Source of the DNA: Myxococcota bacterium
Lineage (GTDB): Bacteria; Myxococcota_A; UBA9042; PHBI01; JAWLBL01
Assembly: GCA_041687695.1 (NCBI GenBank)
Contig: JAWLBL010000018.1
Location: forward strand, 64,001-128,000
Length of the DNA stretch: 64,000 nucleotides
Direction of reading: 5' to 3'
In this document: positions 18,447 to 26,480 of the stretch, in pieces
Layout of the letters: each line of letters begins with the position of its first letter
Numbering within the stretch: the stretch's first letter is position 1
The notes under the pieces: generated by a model
Databases searched by the model: none
What the model was told of the DNA's origin: nothing
What the model saw: the letters and a program-made list of their open reading frames with translations, nothing else
Translations under genes and position numbers: made by a program

Positions 18447-20246
18447 ATGCAGTCCCGCTACACCCTCGACTACCTGCTCCAGCTCCTCGTCCGCCGCGGC
18501 GTGTTGAAACCCGCCCAGGCCGAGGAGGTCGCCGTCCGCGAGAGCGGCCAGCGCTACCGCCTGGAAAAAGAGGCCGGCGTGGCCGGCGGCCGCCCGGGCG
18601 CCTCCGAGATCTCGCCGGGCGAGCTGCTCGCCAGCTTCGAACTCGCCCTGCCCGACGGCTCGGTCCTGACCGAAGACCGGATCATGGCGGTGATGGCGCA
18701 GGAGGAGGGCCTGCCGTACCTCAAGATCGACCCGCTCAAGCTCGACGCGCAGCTCGTCACCAGCACGATGTCGCGCCCCTTCGCCAGAAAGCACCGCCTG
18801 CTGCCCCTGTCGCGCCGCGGCTCGGTCCTGCGCGTCGCCACCGACGACCCGTTCAACCTCGAGGCCTTCGAGTCGCTGCGCACCCTGACCGGCGCCGGCG
18901 TCGAGGTGGTGCTGTCGAGCAAGACCGACATCGTCCGCTTCATCCGCGAGATCTACGGCTTCCGCCGCAGCCTGGCCGCAGCCGAGGCCGACCTCACCCG
19001 CGGCCCCGACCTCGGCAACCTCGAGCAGCTGGTCAAGCTCAAGTCCTTCGACGAGATCGAGGCCACCGACAAGCACATCGTCAACGCGGTCGAGTACCTG
19101 CTGCACTACGCCTTCGAGCAGCGCGCCAGCGACATCCACATCGAGCCCAAGCGCGAGATCGCCCTGGTCCGCCTGCGCATCGACGGCGTCCTGCACACCA
19201 TCCAGCGCGTCCCGCGGGTGGTCCACAACGCCATCGTCAGCCGCATCAAGACCCTGGCGCGCCTCGACATCGCCGAGAAGCGCCGCCCCCAGGACGGCCG
19301 CATCAAGACCGCCCACCAGGCCAACGGCGGCGGCGAGGTCGAGCTGCGCGTGTCCACCCTGCCGGTGGCCTTCGGCGAAAAGCTCGTCATCCGCGTCTTC
19401 GACCCGATGATCCTGCTCCAGGACATCGAGGCCCTGGGCTTCGGCGCGGCCGAGCTCGAGCGCTTCCAGGGCTTCCTCGCCCGCCCCCACGGCCTGGTCC
19501 TGGTCACCGGCCCGACCGGCAGCGGCAAGACGACCACCCTGTACTCGGCCCTGCAGGTGCTGGCGACCGAGCAGGTCAACGTCACCACCATCGAGGACCC
19601 CATCGAGATGGTGGTCGAGGAGTTCAACCAGACCTCCATCATGCCCAAGGCGGGCATCACCTTCGCCTCGGCCCTGCGCACCCTCTTGCGCCAGGACCCC
19701 GACATCATCATGGTCGGCGAGATCCGCGACGCCGAGACCGCCGAGCAGGCCATCCAGGCGGCGCTCACCGGCCACCTGGTCCTGTCGACCATGCACACCA
19801 ACGACTCGGCCGGCGCCGTCACCCGCCTCATCGAGCTGGGCCTCGAGCCCTTCCTGGTCGCCTCGACCCTGACCGGCGTCATCGCCCAGCGCCTGGTGCG
19901 CAAGGTCTGCGAGGCCTGCAAGGTCCAGACGACCCTCACCCGCGAGCAGATCCTGGCCCTGGGCATGCCGCTGGCCGACGACGGCCCCGCCCCCACCCTG
20001 CCCGTCTGGTACGGCAAGGGCTGCGTCGAGTGCCGCCACACGGGCCTGCGCGGCCGCATCGGCGTCTACGAGGTCATGCCCGTGAGCGAGCGCGTCCAGC
20101 GCCTCGTCCTCCAGCGCGCCCCCTCCCTCGAGCTGATGAAGGTCGCCCGCCAGGACGGCATGATGACCCTGCGCGAGTCCGCCATCCAGAAGCTCGCCGA
20201 GGGCGTCACCTCCTTCGAAGAGGTCATCCGCGTCACCGCCGAGTAG
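18447..20246 (+). CDS. GspE/PilB-family type II secretion / type IV pilus ATPase
   Basis: ASDIHIEP, RIDGVL, LDIAEKRRPQDGR, GPTGSGKTT, TIEDPIE, LRQDPDIIMVGEIRD, HLVLSTMHTN, and two CxxC zinc motifs. Confidence 0.95.
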   Translation: MQSRYTLDYLLQLLVRRGVLKPAQAEEVAVRESGQRYRLEKEAGVAGGRPGASEISPGELLASFELALPDGSVLTEDRIMAVMAQEEGLPYLKIDPLKLDAQLVTSTMSRPFARKHRLLPLSRRGSVLRVATDDPFNLEAFESLRTLTGAGVEVVLSSKTDIVRFIREIYGFRRSLAAAEADLTRGPDLGNLEQLVKLKSFDEIEATDKHIVNAVEYLLHYAFEQRASDIHIEPKREIALVRLRIDGVLHTIQRVPRVVHNAIVSRIKTLARLDIAEKRRPQDGRIKTAHQANGGGEVELRVSTLPVAFGEKLVIRVFDPMILLQDIEALGFGAAELERFQGFLARPHGLVLVTGPTGSGKTTTLYSALQVLATEQVNVTTIEDPIEMVVEEFNQTSIMPKAGITFASALRTLLRQDPDIIMVGEIRDAETAEQAIQAALTGHLVLSTMHTNDSAGAVTRLIELGLEPFLVASTLTGVIAQRLVRKVCEACKVQTTLTREQILALGMPLADDGPAPTLPVWYGKGCVECRHTGLRGRIGVYEVMPVSERVQRLVLQRAPSLELMKVARQDGMMTLRESAIQKLAEGVTSFEEVIRVTAE

Positions 20247-20302
20247 CGCCTCCGCTTGACGCCGCCCCTCCGCCGCCCTCTCCTTCCCGGAGGAGCCCCG
20301 CC

Positions 20303-21616
20303 ATGGAAACGCCCTCCACGCCCGCCCCCGAGCCGCCGGTCTGGTACCTCGGCGCCATCGAGCTCGAGAACGTCGGCCCCTTCGGGCCCCGCCAGCGCCT
20401 CGAGCTGACCACCGCCGACGGCCGCCACGCCCAGTGGACCGTGCTGCTGGGCGACAACGGCGCAGGCAAGACGACGGTGCTGCAGGCCATCGCGGCCGTG
20501 ACGGCTCCGGTCGACATGCCCGACTCCTACCTTCTCCCGGTGTCCCGCTGGGTTGAACGCGCAAAGCGAGTTCGGTGTGAAAGCGGAGCCGTCGCGCTCA
20601 AGCTCGACGTATACCGAGGTCGTGACCTGGACGAGATGCTGGGTCGCCATCTGGTGGAGTTCGACCTCGAGCCGCGCGGCTTCACTCGAAACCGCGCTCC
20701 CGTCGACGCCCCGTTGATGGTTGGATACGGGGCCTCTCGGCGCGGATTTCCGACCTCGATGACGGCAAGGGAACTGGAGACGCCTGTCGCCAGCCTCTTC
20801 AACCCCGAAGCCAACCTGATCGACCTGCAGGAGTGGTTCCTTCGCACCGAGTACGTCTCGCTGAAGGAAGGCCCCGGCGGCCCGGCGTCCAAGCGGCTCG
20901 AGCAGGTCAAGCAGCTCGCCATCGAGCTGCTCCCCGAGGTGCAGGACATCCACATCACCGGCCCGGGCGGGCGCAGCGCCGCGAACCCGGACATCTTCGA
21001 GTACCCGCTCCTCTTCGACACCCCCTACGGCCGCGTCGGCTTCGACCAGCTCAGCCTGGGGTATCAGACGATGCTGACCTGGGTGGTCGACCTGGCCGCC
21101 CGGCTGACCGAGCGCTACCCCGACAGCCCCAACCCGCTGGCCGAGCCCGTCATCGTGCTGGTCGACGAGATCGATCTCCACCTGCAGCCCAAGTGGCAGC
21201 GCGAGATCACCAGCTTCCTCTCGGCCCGCTTCCCCAGGGCCCAGTTCATCGTCACCGCCCACAGCCCGCTCATCGTGCAGTCGGCCCCCGACGCCCGCAT
21301 CGCCCTGGTTCGCCGCGACGGCGACCACGCGGTCATCGACCCCGCCCCCGACCGCGTCGCCCGCTGGCGCATCGACCAGATCCTCACCAGCGAGCTGTTC
21401 GGCCTCGACACCGCGCTCCCACGCGAGACGGAGCGTCTGCTGGAAGAGCGTGCCGAGCTGCTGTCCAAGGCGCAGCCGAGCCCCGACGAGCTGCGTCGCG
21501 CCGAGGAGATCGCCGCTGAGCTGGACCGCTCGGAACCCGAGCGCGAGCAGAGGCAGGCCGAGTTGCTGCGCCGCGCGGCCGAGCTGGTCAAGAAGCACAA
21601 TCTCGACAAGCCATGA
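20303..21616 (+). CDS. ABC/AAA_21-type ATPase, PtuA-like (Septu-like defence)
   Basis: RBS GGAGGAG then ATG at 20303. Walker A GDNGAGKT, signature LSLGYQ, Walker B/D-loop VLVDEIDLHLQP, H-loop TAHSP. ATGA overlap with the HNH gene. Confidence 0.85.
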   Translation: METPSTPAPEPPVWYLGAIELENVGPFGPRQRLELTTADGRHAQWTVLLGDNGAGKTTVLQAIAAVTAPVDMPDSYLLPVSRWVERAKRVRCESGAVALKLDVYRGRDLDEMLGRHLVEFDLEPRGFTRNRAPVDAPLMVGYGASRRGFPTSMTARELETPVASLFNPEANLIDLQEWFLRTEYVSLKEGPGGPASKRLEQVKQLAIELLPEVQDIHITGPGGRSAANPDIFEYPLLFDTPYGRVGFDQLSLGYQTMLTWVVDLAARLTERYPDSPNPLAEPVIVLVDEIDLHLQPKWQREITSFLSARFPRAQFIVTAHSPLIVQSAPDARIALVRRDGDHAVIDPAPDRVARWRIDQILTSELFGLDTALPRETERLLEERAELLSKAQPSPDELRRAEEIAAELDRSEPEREQRQAELLRRAAELVKKHNLDKP

Positions 21617-22872
21617 TCCGCATCGAGCGTCCCGGTGCGCCAGACGTCCTTCGCGAGCGCGCCGAAGCTGCGACGAACCGGCTGCGGGAGGTCCACGCCG
21701 CCGACCCCGATGGGGTCGCATCGGGCACGACCAGGCTGCCCTTCGAGGCCGCCCTCTATGGCCACGCTGAAGTGAAGAAGGCGCTCGTGGCTGCGCAGAA
21801 CGGCAAGTGCGCCTACTGCGAGTCCGAGGTCGAGTCCGTCGCCTACGGCGATGTCGAGCACTTCCGACCCAAGGCGGGCTGGAAACAAGCAGATGGCGAC
21901 CCGCTGGCCCGACCTGGCTACTTCTGGCTGACCTACGAGTGGGACAACCTGCTGTTCGCCTGCGAGCGTTGCAACCGCGAGTACAAGCGCAACCTGTTCC
22001 CGCTCGAGGACCCCGAAAGCCGCGCCAGCTTCGCGACCGAGGACCACGGCGACGAGAGGCCGCTGTTCATCGATCCGAGCCGCGAGGATCCGCAAGCCCA
22101 CATCGGGTTCCGGCAATGGGACGCATTCGCTCGCGACGCGAGCCGACGCGGCAGGACCACCATAGATGGCCTGGGGCTCAATCGGCCGAGGTTGCTCGAC
22201 GAGCGCAGGAGAGCATGGAAAGCGCTGCGACAGATGCTCGAAGCTCTTGCCACCCTCTCGAAGCGGCCGGATGACCCTGAAGCCCTCAGGCTCATCGAGG
22301 AACTCGCGGCTGAACTCGAGGCCGCCGTGCAGCCATCGGCCCCGTTCACGGCCATGGCGCGGTGCGCCCTGCGGGACCTCGCGCCATGGACCCTTGCTGG
22401 ACCCCTCGCGGAGAAGTCGTTCATCTCCGCGGACCCCTCGCGAGGGGTCGCAAAGCTCGTCGGGAGCTTCCTCGGCCCCTGCCGAGGGGTCGGAGGAGCT
22501 CGCCGGGAGCTTCCTGGACCCCTGCCGAGGGGTCGGAGGAGCTCGTCGGGAGCTCTCTGGACCCCTGCCGAGGGGTCGGAAGGCTTGCCGGGAGCTCTCT
22601 GGACCCCTGCCGAGGGGTCGGAGGAGCTCGTCGGGAGCTCTCTTGACCCCTGCCGAGGGGTCGGAGGAGCTCGTCGGGAGCTCTCTGGACCCCTGCGAGG
22701 GGTCGGAAGGCTTGCCGGGCGCTCTCTGGACCCCTCTGCTGGGCCGCGGGGGCCGCAATTCCTGACGGTGGCGGCTGGCGGGCCTATGATGCGCGGCGCA
22801 ATCCTTGGGGGAGAACCGCATGCGCCTCGCTCTGGCCGTCGCCTTGGCCTTCTTCGCGCTCGCCGGCTGTGA
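21613..22872 (+). CDS. HNH endonuclease, PtuB-like, with a C-terminal extension read through a repeat array
   Basis: MIRIER start, KCAYCE, DVEHFRPK, YFWLTYEWDNLLFACERCN, K.NLFP. The homologous part appears to end near 22380 but the frame stays open to 22872. Confidence 0.8.
   Translation: MIRIERPGAPDVLRERAEAATNRLREVHAADPDGVASGTTRLPFEAALYGHAEVKKALVAAQNGKCAYCESEVESVAYGDVEHFRPKAGWKQADGDPLARPGYFWLTYEWDNLLFACERCNREYKRNLFPLEDPESRASFATEDHGDERPLFIDPSREDPQAHIGFRQWDAFARDASRRGRTTIDGLGLNRPRLLDERRRAWKALRQMLEALATLSKRPDDPEALRLIEELAAELEAAVQPSAPFTAMARCALRDLAPWTLAGPLAEKSFISADPSRGVAKLVGSFLGPCRGVGGARRELPGPLPRGRRSSSGALWTPAEGSEGLPGALWTPAEGSEELVGSSLDPCRGVGGARRELSGPLRGVGRLAGRSLDPSAGPRGPQFLTVAAGGPMMRGAILGGEPHAPRSGRRLGLLRARRL
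22431..22736. repeat. Tandem array of about 7 units of 41-43 bp, each with a GACCCCT-GCCG-AGGGGTC hairpin
   Basis: Unit starts at 22431, 22473, 22516, 22559, 22601, 22644, 22687 and a partial unit at 22728. Consensus GGACCCCTGCCGAGGGGTCGGAGGAGCTCGTCGGGAGCTCTCT. Confidence 0.92.
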
Positions 22873-25018
22873 CAAGCCGGCCCCGCCGGCCTATCCGCTC
22901 GCCGAGGGGGCCGCCGAGGTGGCCGACCCGGGGGTCGAGCTGGGGCTGGGGACCTCGCTGGCCGCCCTGCCGGTCGAGCAGGTCGCCACGGCGACGCAGG
23001 ACGGCGCCACCGCCCGCCTGGCCTACGACGGGGCGCGGCTGCTGCTCGAGCTGCAGGGCCTGCCGCCCGCCACGCCCGAGTGCCCGGTGGTCGCCTACCT
23101 GGCCCAGGACGCCGGCGGGACCCGCTGGGAGTACCGCTTCACCGGCGGCGACCCGGTCACCTACCTGAACGGCGGCCTCTTCGGCGGCAAGGCCCCGCGC
23201 AGCCGGGTCGAGGGCGAGGTGCGGCGCTTCTACCTGCCCACCCTGCCGGGCGACTTCGCCCTGCAGGTCGTCGGCCCCGCCTCGCCCGGCGCCGCCGAGT
23301 GCGTGCACGCCCCGCTCATCCCCGCCGTGACCGGGCGCCTGACCCCGCAGGGCGGCCTGACCTGGGCCCCGGCCGCGGACCCGGTGGTGGTCGGCGTGCG
23401 ACTTGCCAAGGACGGCCCGGCCTCGACCGACGCCGGCCGCTACTCGGTCGGCGACGCGCTGGTGCTGGTCGGCGCCAACCTGGCCCAGGTCGACGCCGCC
23501 CGCTTCGGCGACACCGAGGCCCCGGCCACCGTGCTGGCCCCCTGGGCGGTCCAGACCACCGTCGCCGGCGGCGGCGACAGCGAGACCCTGGCCGTCCGCA
23601 CCCCCGCCGGCTGGACGCGCGGGGTCCGCGCCCCGGTCGACGGCACCGTCGCCCGCATCGGCGACGCGATGGGCGCCCTCTCCGGCGCCATCTGGGACAC
23701 CTGGCTGGTGGTGCTGCTGGTCGGCGCCGGGATCATCCTCACCGTGGTCAACGGCTTCCCGCAGCTGCGCGGCTTCCTCCACGCCCTCCGCGTCGTCCGC
23801 GGCCACTACGACAAGCCCGACGAGAAGGGCGAGATCAACCACTTCCAGGCGCTGACCGCCGCCCTGTCGGCCACCGTGGGCCTGGGCAACATCGGCGGCG
23901 TCGCGGTCGCCGTCACCACCGGCGGCCCGGGCGCCATCTTCTGGATGTGGGTCTCGGGCTTCCTCGGCATGGCCACCAAGTTCAGCGAGTGCACCCTGTC
24001 GACCGCCTACCGCGAGGTGCGCGACGACGGCACGGTCGCCGGCGGGCCCATGTACTACATCAAGAAGGGGCTGGGCGGCGTCATGACCCCGGTCGCCTTC
24101 CTCTACGGCCTGTTCATCACCATCTCGAGCTTCGGCGGCGGCAACATGTTCCAGGCCAACCAGGCCGCCGCCATCTGGGAGCAGAGCTGGGGCATCCCCG
24201 CCTGGGGCACCGGCCTCATCCTGGTCGCCCTGGTCGGCGCCACCATCATCGGCGGCATCAAGCGCATCGGCCGCGTCACCGACAAGCTGGTCCCCACCAT
24301 GTGCGGCCTGTACGTGCTGGCCGCGCTGCTGGTCATCTTCACCCACATCGACATGGTCCCGGGCCTGTTCGCCTCCATCTTCACCGAGGCCTTCAGCGTC
24401 TCGGCCGCCATCGGCGGCACCCTGGGCGTCGTCATCAAGGACGTCCTCATCAGCGGCTTCCGCCGCGCCTCCTTCTCCAACGAGGCCGGCTTCGGCTCCG
24501 CCGCCATCGCCCACGCCGCCGTCAAGACCGACGAGCCGGTCCGCGAGGGCGTCGTCGCCCTGCTCGAGCCCTTCATCGACACCATCGTCATCTGCACGAT
24601 GACCGCCCTGGTCATCCTCATCAGCGGCGCCTGGACCCAGCAGGGCCTCGACGGCGTGCAGCTGACGGCGGTCGCCTTCGACTCGGCCTACGTCGGCTTC
24701 GGCAGCCTGCTCGTCCCCATCGCGGTCTTCCTCTTCGCCGTCTCGACCATGATCTCGTGGTCCTACTACGGCGAAAAGGGCGTCGAGTACGTCTTCGGCC
24801 GCCGCGCCATCCCCATCTACCGCGTCCTGTTCGTCGGCCTCATCTTCATCGGCGCCATCTGGAAGCTGGGCCCGGTGCTCGACTTCTCCGACGCCGCCTT
24901 CGGCGTCCTCGCCGTCCCCAACATCATCGCGGTCCTGCTGCTCATCCCCAAGCTCCGCACCCTGGTCGGCGACTACTTCGGCCGCCTCCGCTCCGGCGCC
25001 ATGCGCGAGTACAAGTAG
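22820..25018 (+). CDS. Alanine/glycine:cation symporter (AGCS) with a ~280-aa lipoprotein-like N-terminal extension
   Basis: FQALTAALSATVGLGNI, GGPGAIFWMW, GGPMYYI, GNMFQAN, FSNEAGFGS, EPFIDTIVICTMT, SWSYYG. N-terminal lipobox FALAGC. Confidence 0.92.
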   Translation: MRLALAVALAFFALAGCDKPAPPAYPLAEGAAEVADPGVELGLGTSLAALPVEQVATATQDGATARLAYDGARLLLELQGLPPATPECPVVAYLAQDAGGTRWEYRFTGGDPVTYLNGGLFGGKAPRSRVEGEVRRFYLPTLPGDFALQVVGPASPGAAECVHAPLIPAVTGRLTPQGGLTWAPAADPVVVGVRLAKDGPASTDAGRYSVGDALVLVGANLAQVDAARFGDTEAPATVLAPWAVQTTVAGGGDSETLAVRTPAGWTRGVRAPVDGTVARIGDAMGALSGAIWDTWLVVLLVGAGIILTVVNGFPQLRGFLHALRVVRGHYDKPDEKGEINHFQALTAALSATVGLGNIGGVAVAVTTGGPGAIFWMWVSGFLGMATKFSECTLSTAYREVRDDGTVAGGPMYYIKKGLGGVMTPVAFLYGLFITISSFGGGNMFQANQAAAIWEQSWGIPAWGTGLILVALVGATIIGGIKRIGRVTDKLVPTMCGLYVLAALLVIFTHIDMVPGLFASIFTEAFSVSAAIGGTLGVVIKDVLISGFRRASFSNEAGFGSAAIAHAAVKTDEPVREGVVALLEPFIDTIVICTMTALVILISGAWTQQGLDGVQLTAVAFDSAYVGFGSLLVPIAVFLFAVSTMISWSYYGEKGVEYVFGRRAIPIYRVLFVGLIFIGAIWKLGPVLDFSDAAFGVLAVPNIIAVLLLIPKLRTLVGDYFGRLRSGAMREYK

Positions 25019-25090
25019 CCGAGACTCGTCTGGTGGAAGCAGAGCGCTTTGGTGGATACTATGCGCCATGAGCGTCGATGGAGTCGTGTC

Positions 25091-25369
25091 ATGGCTTTGA
25101 ACATCAAGAACGCCGAGGTCGAACGGCTGGTGGACGAGGTCGCCGCGATCACCGGCGAGACGAAGACCGAAGCCGTCAGGCGGGCGCTCGAAGAACGCGC
25201 GCAGCGTCTGTCGCTCCGAAGCCGGCGACCTCGCACGTTGGAAGAGGCGCTCGCGGTCCTCCAGCGGGACATCTGGTCGATGATTCCCAGCGACAAGCTC
25301 GGCAGACCGCCGCTGACGCGCGAGGAAGAGGACGAGATCCTCGGCTTCGACCCGGACACCGGGACGTGA
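25091..25369 (+). CDS. vapB: VapB antitoxin (Rv0623-like RHH family)
   Basis: MALNIKNAEVERL...TGETKTEAVRRALEER...EILG. GTGA overlap with a PIN gene. Confidence 0.9.
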   Translation: MALNIKNAEVERLVDEVAAITGETKTEAVRRALEERAQRLSLRSRRPRTLEEALAVLQRDIWSMIPSDKLGRPPLTREEEDEILGFDPDTGT

Positions 25370-25752
25370 TCCTCGACTCCTCGGCCGTGGTTGCTGTCGT
25401 GCTGGGTGAACCTGGCCACGAGCAGCTGGTAGCCAAGCTCCTCACGGCGGAGGTGATTGGCATCGGAGCGCCTACCCTGGTGGAGGTCTCGACCGTTCTC
25501 CTGGCCCGCCTCGGAACCGACCCGCTCGTCGTCGTGTCCAGGTTCCTCGCCGGGTATGCCGTCGAAGTCATCGAGTTCACAGATCTTCATTGGCGCGAAG
25601 CCGCTTCGGCCTACTTGCGATTTGGGCGTGGGCGACACCCTGCGAAGCTGAACTACGGTGACTGCCTGAGCTATGCGACGGCGAGCGTGGCCCGAAAGCC
25701 CCTGCTGTGCATCGGCAATGACTTCCCGCAGACCGACCTGTCCCTGGCCTGA
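25366..25752 (+). CDS. vapC: VapC PIN-domain ribonuclease toxin
   Basis: ILDSSAVVA..GEP, FGRGRHPAKLNYGDCLSYA, LLCIGNDF.TD. Confidence 0.92.
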   Translation: MILDSSAVVAVVLGEPGHEQLVAKLLTAEVIGIGAPTLVEVSTVLLARLGTDPLVVVSRFLAGYAVEVIEFTDLHWREAASAYLRFGRGRHPAKLNYGDCLSYATASVARKPLLCIGNDFPQTDLSLA

Positions 25753-25820
25753 GCGATCGACTGGAGCGCGCTCGCGCGGACTCGCTGGATCGCCGCCGCT
25801 CGCGGCGGCCGAGCATGGCC

Positions 25821-26480
25821 CTACCGCGCCTCGAACAGCGCGTTGACCCGGCCCGCGCCCGACAGGGGCAGCCGGAACGAGTCGACCTTCCAGGCGTCGC
25901 GGGTCAGGTCGGGGTCGCCGGCGCCGCCCAGGCTGACCAGGACCAGGCCGCCGGGGCCGACCAGCTCCGAGCCCACGCGCAGCCACTCGGCGGGGGCGAA
26001 GGTGGCGCGGCTGAGGGCGCCTCTGGGGGCGCCGTCGGGTCCAGGGCCGGCCTCGAGCTCCTCGACGCGCACCTGACGCACGCTGACGTTCTTGAGCTTG
26101 AGCGCCGCGGCCGCCTGGCTGGCGAAGGCGATCTTCTTGCCGATGGGCTCGACCAGCGTCAGGCGCAGCGCGGGCCGAGCGACGGCCAGCACCAGCCCCG
26201 GGAAGCCCGGCCCGGTTCCGACGTCCCACCACGCCTGGGTGCGGGCGGCGACCTCGGGGTCGTCCAGCAGCCGCAGGACCGCCAGGCTGTCGTGCACGTG
26301 CCGGTCGATGGCCTCCTCGGTGGTGCACGGGGCCACCAGGTTGATGCGCTGGTTCCACTTGAGCAGCAGCGCCGTCAGCTCGCTCAGCGCCTCGGCCGCC
26401 GCCTGATCGAGCGGGACGTCCAGCGCCTCGGCCCCCTCGGCGATGAGCGCCGTCGGGTTCGCCCCGCGCCCGCCCCTCAT
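25821..26480 (-). CDS. rsmG: 16S rRNA m7G527 methyltransferase RsmG (GidB)
   Basis: LLKWNQRINL, RHVHDSL, DVGTGPGFPG, LVEPIGKKIAF, RVEE, SRA. Confidence 0.9.
   Translation of the reverse strand: MRGGRGANPTALIAEGAEALDVPLDQAAAEALSELTALLLKWNQRINLVAPCTTEEAIDRHVHDSLAVLRLLDDPEVAARTQAWWDVGTGPGFPGLVLAVARPALRLTLVEPIGKKIAFASQAAAALKLKNVSVRQVRVEELEAGPGPDGAPRGALSRATFAPAEWLRVGSELVGPGGLVLVSLGGAGDPDLTRDAWKVDSFRLPLSGAGRVNALFEAR

Noticed and set aside
18392..20302. N-terminal part of the 1074-aa ORF (apparent fusion)
   Set aside because: Off-frame overlap with gspE/pilB. The real ATPase starts at 20303 with its own RBS.
22431..22736. CRISPR array or TIGR-type guide array next to an HNH nuclease
   Set aside because: Sequences between the hairpins are near-identical (two variants) rather than unique spacers. 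No cas genes are present and I see no Nop-like domain in the nuclease.
20303..22872. Retron (Ec78-like) system
   Set aside because: No reverse transcriptase (YADD, VTG motifs) is recognisable nearby.
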